Shown here: positions 9,894 through 20,985 of the stretch, piece by piece
Layout of the letters: every line of letters begins with the position of its first letter
Position numbering within the stretch: the first letter of the stretch is position 1
NCBI GenBank assembly: GCA_963514005.1
Contig: OY740795.1
Coordinates: 59,034,334 to 59,088,000, forward strand
Length of the DNA stretch: 53,667 nt
DNA from: Raja brachyura
Lineage: Eukaryota
Direction: 5' to 3'
Translations under genes and position numbers: made by a program
The notes under the pieces: model-generated
Told to the model about the DNA's origin: nothing
Databases searched by the model: none
Seen by the model: only the letters and a program-made list of their open reading frames with translations

Positions 9894-12800
9894 CAGGCAC
9901 GTGCCGTGAGTAATTACTCAGGGTAGTTACTCAGGAAGCACTCGGACACAAGAGGAGAGAGAAAAAAAAGGAAATAAACAGAGAATACGAGATGGGGGGT
10001 TTCTTAAATGTGCATATTTTAATGCTAGGAGCATTGTAAGAAAGGTGGATGAGCTTAGAGTCTGGATAGACACCTGGAAGTATGATGTTGTGGCGATCAG
10101 TGAAACATGGTTGCAGGAGGGCTGTGATTGGAAACTAAATATTCCAGGATTTCGTTGCTTCAGGTGTGATAGAATTGGAGGGGCAAGAGGTGGAGGTGAT
10201 GCATTGCTAGTCAGGGAAGATATTACAGCAGTGCTTTGGCAGGATAGATTGGAGGGCTCATCTAGGGAGGCTATTTGGGTAGAACTTAGAAGTGGGAAAG
10301 GTGTAGCAACACTTATGGGGGTATGTTATAGACCACCAAATGGGGAACGAGAATTGGAAGAGCAAATATGTAAAGAGATAGCAGATATTAGTAGTAAGCA
10401 CAAGGTAGTGATTGTGGGAGATTTCAACTTTCCACACATAGACTGGGAAACACATTCTGTAAATGGGCTGGATGGTTTGGAGTTTGTAAAATGTGTGCAG
10501 GATAGTTTTTTGCAGCAATACATAGAGGTGCCTACTAGAGGAGGGGCAGTGCTGGACCTCCTGTTAGGAAATGAGACGGGACAGGTGGCGGAGGTATGCG
10601 TTGGGGAGCACTTCGGGTCCAGTGATCACAATACCATTAGTTTCAATATAATTATGGAGAAGGACAGAACTGGGCCTAGGGTTGAGATTTTTGATTGGAG
10701 AAAGGCTAACTTTAACGAGATGCGAGATGATTTAAAAGGAGTGAACTGGGACATTTTGTTTTATGGGAAAGATGTAGAGGAGAAATGGAGGACATTTAAA
10801 GGGGACATTTTAAGAGTACAGAATCTTTATGTTCCTGTTCGGTTGAAAGGAACCAGTAAAAATTGGAAAGAGCCCTGGTTTTCAAGGGAAATTGGACATC
10901 TTGTTCGGAAAAAGAGGGAGATCTTCAATAATTATAGGCAGCATGAAGTAAATGAGGTGCTTGAGGAGTATAAGGAATGTTAAAAGAATCTTAAGAAAGA
11001 AATTAGAAAAGCTAAAAGAAGATATGAGGTTGCTTTGGCAAGTAAGGTGAAAGTAAATCCAAAGGGTTTCTACAGCTATATTAATAGCAAAAGGATAACA
11101 AGGGATAAAATTGGTCCATTGGAGAGACTGAGTGGACAGCTATCTGCAGAGCCAAAAGAGATGGGGGAGATATTGAACAATTTCTTTTCTTCGGTATTCA
11201 CCAAGGAGAAGGATATTGAATTATGTGAGGTAAGGGAAACTAGTAGAGTAGCTATGGATACTATGAGTTTCAAAGTAAAAGAAGTACTGACACTTTTGAA
11301 AAATATAAAAGTGGATAAGTCTCCAGGTCCTGAAAGGATATTCCCTAGGACATTGAGGGAAGTTAGTGTAGAAATAGCCGGGGATATGACAGAAATATTT
11401 CAAATGTCATTAGAAACGGGAATAGTCCCCGAGGATTGGCGTACTGCGCATGTTGTTCCATTGTTTAAAAAGGGTTCTAAAAGTAAACCTAGCAATTATA
11501 GACCGGTTAGTTTGACTTCAGTGGTGGGCAAATTAATGGAAAAGATACTTAGAGATAATATATATAAGTATCTGGATAAAGAGGGTCTAATTAGGAACAG
11601 TCAAGATGGATTTATGCCTGGAAGGTCACGTTTGACTAATCTTCTTGAATTTTTTGAAGAGGTTACTAGGAAAATTGACGAGGGTGAAGCAGTGGATGTT
11701 GTCTATGTGGACTTCAGTGAGGCCTTTGACAAGGTTCCTCATGGAAGGTTGGTTAAGAAGGTTCAACTGTTGGATATAAATGCAGGAATAGCAAGATGGA
11801 TTCAACAGTGGCTGAATGGGAGAAGCCGGAGGGTAATGGTGGATGGCTGTTTGTCGGGTTGGAGGCAGGTGATAGTGGGGTGCCTCAGGGATCTGTGTTG
11901 GGTCCTTTGTTGTTTGTCATGTACATCAATGATCTGGATGAAGGGGTGGTAAATTGGATTAGTAAGTATGCAGATGATACCAAGATAGGGGGTGTTGTGG
12001 ATAATGAAGAGGATTTCCAAAGTCTACAGAATGATTTAGGCCACTTGGAAAAATGGGCTGAAAGATGGCAGATGGAGTTTAATGCTGATAAATGTGAGGT
12101 GCTACACCTTGGCAGGACAAATCAAAATAGGACGTACATTGTAAACGGTAGGGAATTGAAGAATACAGTTGAACAGAGGGATCTGGGAATAACCGTGAAG
12201 GTGGAATCTCATATAGATAGGGTGGTAAAGAAAGCTTTTGGTATGCTTGCCTTTATAAATCAGAGCATTGAGTATAGAAGCTGGGATGTAATGTTAAAAT
12301 TGTACAAGGCATTGGTGAGACCAAATCTGGAGTATGGTGTACAATTTTGGTCGCCCAATTATAGGAAGGATGTCAACAAAATAGAGAGGGTACAGAGGCG
12401 ATTTACTAGAATGTTGCCTGGGTTTCAACAGCTAAGTTACAGAGATAGGTTGAATAAGTTAGGTCTTTATTCTCTGGAGCGCAGAAGGTTAAGGGGGGAC
12501 TTGATAGAGGTCTTTAAAATGATGAGAGGGATAGACAGAGTTGATATGGACAAGCTTTTCCCTTTGAGAATAGGGAAGTTTCAAACAAGAGAACATGACT
12601 TTAGAATTAAGGGACAGAGGTTTAGGGGTAACATGAGGGGGAACTTCTTTACTCAGAGAGTGGTAGCGGTGTGGAATGAGCTTCCAGTGGAAGTGGTGGC
12701 GGCAGGTTCGTTGGTATCATTTAAAAATAAATTGGATAGGCATATGGATGAGAAGGGTGTGGAGGGTTATGGCATGAGTGCAGGCAGGTGGGACTAAGGG

Positions 12801-12935
12801 AAAAAAGTTGTTCGGCACGGACTTGAAGGGCCGAGATGGCCTGTTTCCGTGCTGTAATTGTTATATGGTTATATGGTAGGCACTCAGTCCGCTTTAAAAA
12901 AAAATTAAACCGCGCATGCGCAGATTGTGCTCCCT

Positions 12936-12966
<31 letters not shown>

Positions 12967-14092
12967 GCAGTGCCACTTCAATTTGCCCAAGGCTTCCTAG
13001 TCCTCGACCAATTGGGGGAACTGTTCCTTTCACAACGTGTGTGGAGTCTGTGCCAGGGGTGGGGTTGTGGGGAGGGCACGAGTGTTGAGAAGGAGGGTGT
13101 CGGGGATACTGCCAGTAACTCACTCACTCACCGCTATCGCAGCTCTCCGGGCGCGAAGCCACGCACTGTAGCTGGGGATAGAAGCAGCTCGGGGAGCGGC
13201 CACCGGGACCCTACAGCAGAACTGGCCGCCACTTCAGCGCCTTCTGCCGGCCCGCTCACCTTTGGTAGTGCTCTCTGTCGGAACACCTGTCACCTGCCAT
13301 TCGCCGACTTCGCTCATGTCAGCGACTTCCTGCAAATCCTTAAATTCCCACAGCCGAGTAACCTCAATCGCGCTGTCGGAATTTAAGGACATGAGTGAGG
13401 TTTTTAGAGGGAGAGCTGTCAGAGGTGAGCGGGGACCGGCAGAGGGAGCTAAGGTGGCGGCTGGTTCCGCTGTCCGGCCCGGCGGCCGCTCAGCCACCTG
13501 AGCTACTTCTCTCTCCCCCCCCCCTCCCCGGCCTCAGAGCGGCGGCATTCCACGCCTCCGTGCAAGGAGCGTCGCAGGTGGATGCTCCCGACCCCTCATT
13601 CATACCATTCGTGCCCTCCCCGCAACTTTAACCCGGGCCAGACTCCCCAAACGCTGTGAAAGGAGCTCTCCCCCCCCCACCCCCACACCCCGGGAAATGC
13701 GGTATTTAAAAAAAAATCACAAAATGTACTTCCCACATCATTGGTACACGACAAACCATGGTTGAATACGCCGCCAAGAAACTTGCGCTGTGCATGCGCA
13801 GTAGACTGATGTGCATGCGCAGTATGATGCTGCACATGCGCAGTACTGCAAAGGCAGAATTTCTGCTGCCTTCAGCCCCGCTTGAAAGTGACGGCTTCAG
13901 GCAGCGCTGAGCTTCCCGTGTTACAAGCGCTGCGGATGAAAGGCACGGAGAATTATGCCTACCTAGGAGATCTATCTCTTAGACAGGCATAATTCTCCCA
14001 TGCCGTTACTATTTATATTTAATAATTGCCATTTCATAATTTTAGTCAGGGTAGGCAGTGCCTACCTTGCCAACCCTGACGGCACGTGCCTG
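9894..14092. mobile_element. Non-autonomous hAT-like TIR element, interrupted in its left TIR by a CR1
   Basis: Left end CAGGCACGTGCCGT (9894) and right end ACGGCACGTGCCTG (to 14092) are inverted. The inner TIR motif GGTAGGCACT resumes at 12875 after the CR1. Flanking 8-mers CCTCAAAG and CCACAAAC match at 6 of 8 positions. Confidence 0.6.
9927..12876 (+). mobile_element. CR1 LINE family B, near-complete ORF2 (APE endonuclease and RT), inactivated
   Basis: APE motifs FNARSI, ISETWL, YRPP, GDFN and SDH. RT motifs NYRPVSLTS, AFDKV, PQGSVLGP and YADD. Stop at 10981, frameshift near 11870, (TTATATGG)n tail. Confidence 0.95.
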
Positions 14093-14315
14093 CCACAAAC
14101 TCTTTCAATCACTTCCCTCTGGAAGGCGACTCCGGACTGTCAAAGCTGCCACAGCCAGACATAAAAACAGCTTTTTTCCACGGGCAGTTGCTCTACTCAA
14201 TAACCAAAAATCTGTAGCCTTTTGCTCTGGAAATTTATATAATTCATATCTTTAATCAATAATGTTTTATTATTAATGTTTAATGTTTTATGTATCACTT
14301 TTAACTGTAACCAAG
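14093..14315 (+). mobile_element. Rex1/Babar-type non-LTR element 3' end
   Basis: HKLFQSLPSGRRLRTVKAATARHKNSFFPRAVALLN matches the recalled LPSGRR...SFFP.A C-terminal signature. Confidence 0.7.
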
Positions 14316-14334
14316 AGCGGAACTCGCTATCAAA

Positions 14335-15140
14335 ACATGGAGGGGACCGGGGGACATAATTCTTTGGCGCATGCGCACACCCACACACACATGCGCGAGG
14401 CTTCAGAGGCTCAATCCAGCGCTAAACGCAGCTCAACTCTGTCTGTCTCGCCGGGTTAACTACAGCCCTGACTGGACTGACGGGACACCAGCGCTGCTTC
14501 TCCGCGCTGCCCATATTTCCCGCAAGCCCAGGCAGGTTAACCAGGCAGAGTGAGCTGGGTTTAGTGCTGCTTCTCTGCGCTGGCTGTGGGCCTGGGGGTA
14601 CAGCTCGTGTCTGACTCCCGACATCTCTGGCCACCCGCGGGGGGGGGGGGGGGGGCACTCGGGTGGGGACGGGACAGGACAGCGCCGGAGACCCTGGCTG
14701 TGGATGAGGCGCAGGTCTGTGCCACGTCTCCCTCCTCCAATCACCGCACTCTATCCTCAGTCCCACCCCCCCCACCCCACCCTCCCTCCTCCAATCACCG
14801 CACTTAATCATCATGTCCCGCCCCCATTGCCTGCTGACCTACGTCTCTCTCGTCCAATCGGCGCCCTCGATCAGCCGTCCCACCTCCACTGTCTCTGGGA
14901 AAGCGGAGATTTTAAAATCCGGATTACAAAACTTGCGGGGGATGTCCCCCACCTCTCAAAACACGATGTTAATAGAAACATTTAACAAACGCTGAACAGT
15001 GACATCCCCACTGTCTCGCGTAAAGCGGAGATTTTAATAGAGTTTTTCACCGAATTTCAAAATCCGGATTACAAAGCATGGGGGGGGGGGGGGGGGGTCG
15101 TGTCCCTCCCCCCGTCCCCCCCAGGATTTATGCCCATGGC
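14335..15140. mobile_element. Probable non-autonomous DNA transposon (GC-rich)
   Basis: Partial inverted ends (CATGG..GGGGAC..GGGGGACA versus TGTCCC..CCGTCCCC..CCCATG). Internal duplications of CCTCCTCCAATCACCGCACT and AAAGCGGAGATTTTAA..AATCCGGATTACAAA. Confidence 0.4.
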
Positions 15141-15504
15141 CATATGGCGTCATCGTGTTGTACAACAGGGAAGCAGGCCCTTCGGCCCAAGTAGCCCAGG
15201 CTGAACAAGATGTGCCATCTAAGCTAGTCCCAGGGGTGGAAATCCAGGGGAGGGTGGGGGGTGGGCCCCCTCCATGTTTTCACAGGTTGGGGACAATTCC
15301 CTCCCATGTTTTGTGGAACATGGATTTTGCAACCAGTTCCCATCCGACCACACGCTGCGGAGTGGCGACCGCATGCATGGTCAGCTAGCTCAGACTCTGA
15401 AAAGAATTAGACCACTATGCTGCCTGCTTACATTTGCCTTCCTTACAATCTTCATAGACTCCACTTGTTGAATAGCCTCATTCAGTGTTACAACCATTGT
15501 ACGA

Positions 15505-15800
15505 GTGTGCAGAAGGAACTGCAGATGCTGGTATATACCAAAGATAGACACAAAGTGCTGCTCAAAGTGATGGTCAGGCAGCTTCTCTGGAGTTAAAGGA
15601 TGGGTGACGTTTCGGGTCGGGACCCTTGTTGGAACAGGAGGAAACCTACATGGTCAGAGGGAGAATGGGCAAACTCCACACAGATGGCAGCCAACGTCAG
15701 GATTGAACCCGGATCTCTGGCGCTGTGAGACAGCAGCTCTAGTGGTTGAAGTCTGAAAAAGGGGCCCGACCAGAAACGTCACCCATGATTTTTCTCTGTA
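15505..15800. mobile_element. Penelope pseudo-LTR-derived inverted element split by a SINE fragment
   Basis: GAAGGAACTGCAGATGCTGG...GGTGACGTTTCGGGTC followed by the inverted GTCTGAA...GAAACGTCACC. Same family as the ends of 2425-4435. Confidence 0.6.
15636..15742 (-). mobile_element. tRNA-derived SINE 5' portion (HE1/V-SINE-like)
   Basis: The reverse complement has ...CACAGCGCCAGAGATCCGGGTTCAATCC (Pol III B box) followed by TGTGTGGAGTTTGC..TTCTCCC. Confidence 0.65.
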
Positions 15801-16329
15801 TGATTCCCCGACACTGGTGGCAAACTAACTTTCCAGAAACGGAATGGTACGAATATAATAATGTACAATTCACACTTTATAAAAGCTGTTCTCGATTGTT
15901 AGTAATCACATTCAATTTTACAGGTAATTTCTTTCAGCGATCCACAAGCCAACAACACACCTGTTCACAACTAAACCAGAGGACAAACAGGTGATGAGTG
16001 CTACTGAAAATTATACCAACAATGGTGGTCTCTTCATTGGTTTGTTAGCTTTCTTTTATATGTGCCACTTATAATACTTGCCATTACGCTTTAATTCTTG
16101 AAATCCTGAAGTCAATCACGATCAATACAATTTGCTACATTTCAGAAGGAAATCACCTTAGGATAAAGCTTCAATGCTTTTATCACAACTCACCTGCATC
16201 TCCACTAGTGGGAGCTGAAGACTCGATTGGAAATTAAAGGGCCTGTCCCACTTACGCAATTTTTTCGGCGACTGCCGGCACCAGTGATGAATTACCGTCC
16301 ACATTGTCCATGGCGAAGGCTCCGAAGCC

Positions 16330-16448
16330 TCGCGCGCGCGTGTGTGTGAGTGAGTGTGCTCATGCGCGTGTGTGAGTGTGCTCATGCGCGTGTGTGTGTG
16401 AGTGTGCTCATGTGCGTGTGTGTGGGTGTGCTCATGCGCGTGTGTGTC
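16330..16448. repeat. GT-rich minisatellite (GAGTGTGCTCATGCGCGTGTGT)n
   Basis: About 4 visible copies. Confidence 0.85.
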
Positions 16449-16554
16449 CCCACGGTCCCCCCTGTGTTATGATATCGATTTACGTGTCTGCTCCCATTTG
16501 ACCCACATCCCTCTGAACATTGCATGAAGGTGCTGGTTTACACCAATGATAGAC

Positions 16555-17549
16555 ACAATATACATAAATGATCTGGATGAGGGAATTGAAGGCAATATCT
16601 CCAAGTTTGCGGATGACACTAAGCTGGGGGGCAGTGTTAGCTGTGAGGAGGATGCTAGGAGACTGCAAGGTGACTTGGATAGGCTGGGTGAGTGGGCAAA
16701 TGTTTGGCAGATGCAGTATAATGTGGATAAATGTGAGGTTATCCACTTTGGTGGCAAAAATAGGAAAACAGACTATTATCTAAATGGAGGCCGATTAGGA
16801 AAAGGGGAGATGCAGCGCGACCTGGGTGTCATGGTACACCAGTCATTGAAAATAGGCATGCAGGTGCAGCAGGCAGTGAAGAAAGCGAATGGTATGTTAT
16901 CTTTCATAGCAAAAGGATTTGAGTATAGGAGCAGGGAGGTTCTACTTCAGTTGTATAGGGTCTTGGTGAGGCCACACCTGGAGTATTGCGTACAGTTCTG
17001 GTCTCCAAATCTGAGGAAGGACATTATTGCCATAGAGGGAGTGCAGCGAAGGTTCACCAGACTGATTCCTGGGATGTCAGGACTGTCTTATGAACAAAGA
17101 CTGCATAGACTCGGTTTATACTCTCTAGAATTTAGGAGATTGAGAGGGGATCTTATAGAAACTTACAAGATTCTTAAGGGGTTGGACAGGCTAGATGTAG
17201 GAAGATTGTTCCCGATGTTGGGGAGGTCCAGGACAAGGGGTCACAGCTTAAGGATAAGGGGGAAATCCTTTAGGACCGAGATGAGAAGGACTTTTTTCAC
17301 ACAGAGAGTGGTGTGTCTCTGGAACTCTCTGCCACAGAGGGTAGTTGAGGCCAGTTCATTGGCTATATTTAAGAGGGAGTTAGATGTGGCCCTTGTGGCT
17401 AAGGGGATCAGAGGGTATGGAGAGAAGGCAGGTACGGGATACTGAGTTGGATGATCAGCCATGATCATATTGAATGGCGGTGCAGGCTCGAAGGGCCGAA
17501 TGGCCTACTCCTGCACCTAATTTCTATGTTTCTATGTTTCTATGTTTCT
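16555..17549 (+). mobile_element. CR1 family A (different subfamily), 5'-truncated, inserted into a Penelope pLTR-derived element
   Basis: ORF 16546..17445 runs from TIYINDLD...FADD to AGTGY, with a (TTTCTATG)3 tail. The flanks GATAGACACAA and AAAGCTGGAGTAACTCAG rejoin into the pLTR element. Confidence 0.93.
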
Positions 17550-19525
17550 AAAAAGCTGGAGTAACTCAGTGGGACAGGCAGCTTCTCTGGAGAAAATAAA
17601 GAGGTGACATTTTGGCTCGGAACCCTTCGGACTCAAGTCTGAATGGAAGTCTTTTATTTTTACAAGTTGCTAAAGACGCCCCAAAAATTACACACTTTTA
17701 ACATCGCTCATTTTGATTCGCTGGTCGTTGTTTTCAAGAATATGAAACAATTCTTGGGTAGGACAGGTTTAGAGGGATATATGGCCCAAACGCAGGCTGG
17801 TGGGACGTGTGTAGATGGGACCAGATGGTCTGAAGTCTGAAGAAAGGTCTCGACCCAAAACATCACCCATTTCTTCTCTCCAGAGATGCTGCCTGTCCCG
17901 CTGAGTTACTCCAGCTGTTTGTGTCCATCTTTACTTCAGCCATGATTGACTGGTGGAATACCGAATGGCCTCATTCTGCTTCTATCCCTTATGAATTTAC
18001 ATCTTCAGTGTGAACCAACATCTGTACTTCCTTCCTACGCATGTTGGTCGGTGTGGGTAAGTTGGGCCGAAGGGCCTGATCCCCCATTGTGTGACTCCAT
18101 GACTGTAATTTGCTGCTTTTCTCGGTCGGGAGAATGCAAAGTGTGAAGTAAGGAGGATTTGAACAGGGCGATGTTGATACAACATCATGCCGGTGGCTAC
18201 AACTCTGCACGTTCCTCTACGTCGCTGCAATGTGGCCCTGAAACCGACAAGTGCCTGATCATTACACAAGGTAACTGAGTCTCCCAGTCTCCTAGTCGTG
18301 AAAGTTGATCTTGCCCTCTGTAGTATCCGCTGCAAAATTCAGGAACGTATCGCCCAAGTGGAGCCCCATTGCTGATATTTTTCTTTCCAATTCCCCCGGG
18401 AATGGAATGCAGAAATATAGCAGAGATAGGCAGCGACAGAGAGGGGAAAAACAGAGGGGCGGGCAATGAGAAAGTCTGCACCAATAGTCTTACGGGAGAA
18501 CGTGGCAGTGTGCTTCAATTCATGTAGGGAGGAACTGCAGATGCTGGTTTATACCTGAGATAGAGACAAAATGCTGGAGTAACTCAGCAGGACTGGCAGT
18601 ATCTCTGGAGAAAAAGGGATGGGTGACGTTTTGGAAACCTTCTTCAGTGTGATGAGGGGGAGAGAGACGGAAAACTGCTTAATTGTCTGACTGATGTTGC
18701 CTGCAGGACAGAACATAAAACACAGAACAGTGTTCGTCTCAGAAACAAGCCCTTCGGCCCATAAGTCCTAGGGGCAGAATTAGGCCATTCAGCACATTGG
18801 GTCTGCTCCGCCATTCAGACCCAGCTGATCTATCTTTCTGCCTCAACCCCAATCTCCTGCCTTTTCCACACAATCAAGAACCTCTCAAGAGTCAAGTATG
18901 TCTTATTGTCATATGTCCCGAAACGGAGCAATGAAATTCTTACTTGCAACAGTACAACAGGTATGTAAACATAGTAGCCTGTAAAATCTATAATCAACAA
19001 CTAAAATAGCTCAGTGTACAGTGTATGGATATAAAAATCTAGATAAACAATAATAGTGTAAAGTCAGAAACAATGTCCCCAAGTCTATATAGTTCAGAGC
19101 TTATTTGCAGGTTGTGTTTAATAGGCAGATGGCTGTAGGGAAGAAGCTGCTTCTGAACCTGGACGTTACAGTTTTCAGGCTCAGCTGTTATTCTACATTT
19201 AAAAATACCCAATGACCTGGTCTCAGCCGTCCGTGGCAATGAATTCCACAGATTCACCATCCTCAGAGTGCAGATGATGGAGCTGAGAAGGAATTTCTTC
19301 AGCCAGAAGGTGGCGAATCTGTGGAATTCATTGCCACTGACGGTGATAGAGGCCAATCACTGGGTATTTTTCAAATGGAGATTGATAAGTTTAGTTTAGA
19401 GATACAGTGTGGAAACTGGCCATTTGGCCCATCGAGTCAGTGCCGACCAGCGACCACCCATAAACTAGTTCTGCCCAACACACCAGGAACAATTTACAGA
19501 AAACAATTACCCTACAAACTTGTAC
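17550..19525. repeat. Patchwork of decayed CR1, Rex/Babar, SINE and Penelope-pLTR fragments
   Basis: pLTR pieces at 17550-17640, 17830-17930 and 18525-18650. Rex-type end on - at ~18890-19185 (LKTVTSRFRSSFFPTAI). CR1 pieces at 19190-19390. SINE-like 3' part on - at ~19390-19525. Confidence 0.6.
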
Positions 19526-19526
19526 T

Positions 19527-20985
19527 TAATGTAACCCCACTTTTTAAAAAAGGAGGGAGAGAGAAAGCGGGGAATTACAGACCAGTTAGTCTAACATCGG
19601 TAGTGGGGAAACTGCTAGAGTCAGTTATTAAAGATGGGATAGCAGCGCATTTGGAAAGTGGTGAAATCATTGGACAAAGTCAGCATGGATTTATGAAAGG
19701 TAAATCATGTCTGACAAATCTGATAGAATTTTTCGAGGATGTAACTAGTAGAGTGGATAAGGGAGAACCAGTGGATGTGTTATATCTAGACTTTCAGAAG
19801 GCTTTCGACAAGGTCCCACATAAGAGATTAGTATACAAACTTAAAGCACACGGTATTGGGGGTTCAGTATTGATGTGGATAGAGAACTGGCTAGCAGACA
19901 GGAGGCAAAGGGTAGGAGTAAACGGGTCCTTTTCAGAATGGCAGGCAGTGACTAGTGGGGTGCCGCAAGGCTCAGTGCTGGGACCCCAGCTATTTACAAT
20001 ATATATTAATGATTTGGACGAGGGAATTCAATGCAACATCTCCAAATTTGCAGATGATACCAAGCTGGGGGGTATAGTTAGGTGTGAGGAGGATGCTTGG
20101 AGGCTGCAGGGTGATTTGGATAGGCTGAGTGAATGGGCAGATGCATGGCAGATGCAGTATAATGTGGATAAATGTGAGGTTATCCACTTTGGTGGCAAAA
20201 ACATGAGGGTAAACTATTATCTGAATGGTGGCAGATTAGGAAAGGGGGAGATGCAACGAGACCTGGGTGTCATGGTACACCAGTCATTGAAAGTAGGCAT
20301 GCAGGTGCAGCAGGCAGTGAAGAAAGCAAATGGTATGTTAGCATTCATAGCGAAAGGATTTGAGTACAGGAGCAGGGAGGTTCTACTGCAGTTGTACAGG
20401 GTTTTGGTGAGGCCACACCTGGAGTATTGCGTACAGTTTTGGTCTCCAAATCTGAGGAAAGACATCCTTGCCATAGAGGGGGTACAGAGAAGATTCACCA
20501 GACTGATTCCTGGGATGTCAGGACTTTCATATGAGGAAAGATTGGATAGACTCGGCTTGTACTCGCTGGAATTTAGAAGATTGAGGGGGGATCTTATAGA
20601 AACTTACAAAATTCTTAAGGGGTTGGACAAGCTAGATGCTGGAAGATTGTTCCCGATGTTGGGGGAGTCCAGAACAAGGGGTCACAGTCTAAGGATAAGG
20701 GGGAATTCCTTTAGGACCGAAATGAGGAAAACATTATTTACACAGAGAGTGGTGAGTCTCTGGAATTCTCTGCCACAGAAGGTAGTTGAGGCCAGTTCAT
20801 TGGCTATATTTAAGAGGGCGTTCGATGTGGCACTTGTGGCTAAAGGGATCAGGGGGTATGGAGAGAAGGCAGGTACGGGATACTGAGTTGGATGATCAGC
20901 CATGATCACATTGAATGGCGGTGCAGGCTCGAAGGGCCGAATGGCCTACTCCTGCACCTATTTTCTATGTTTCTATATTTCTATG
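19527..20985 (+). mobile_element. CR1 family A, 5'-truncated, uninterrupted RT frame, directly abutting the satellite
   Basis: NVTPLFKKG...FADD...AGTGY* is open to 20886. Three 8-bp tail units are followed by GCTAGACACAAAA satellite. Confidence 0.95.

Noticed and set aside
15690-15742. tRNA gene
   Set aside because: A B box is present but there is no cloverleaf, and the context is a SINE head.
16234-16300. PIF/Harbinger-like terminus (TAA-AGGGCCTGTCCCAC)
   Set aside because: No matching opposite TIR is visible in the window, so it is too weak to call.
19321-20886. 521-aa ORF as a host gene or domesticated RT
   Set aside because: The N-terminal ~68 aa is chance read-through of repeat debris from a non-ATG start, and the rest is an ordinary 5'-truncated CR1 ORF2 without endonuclease.
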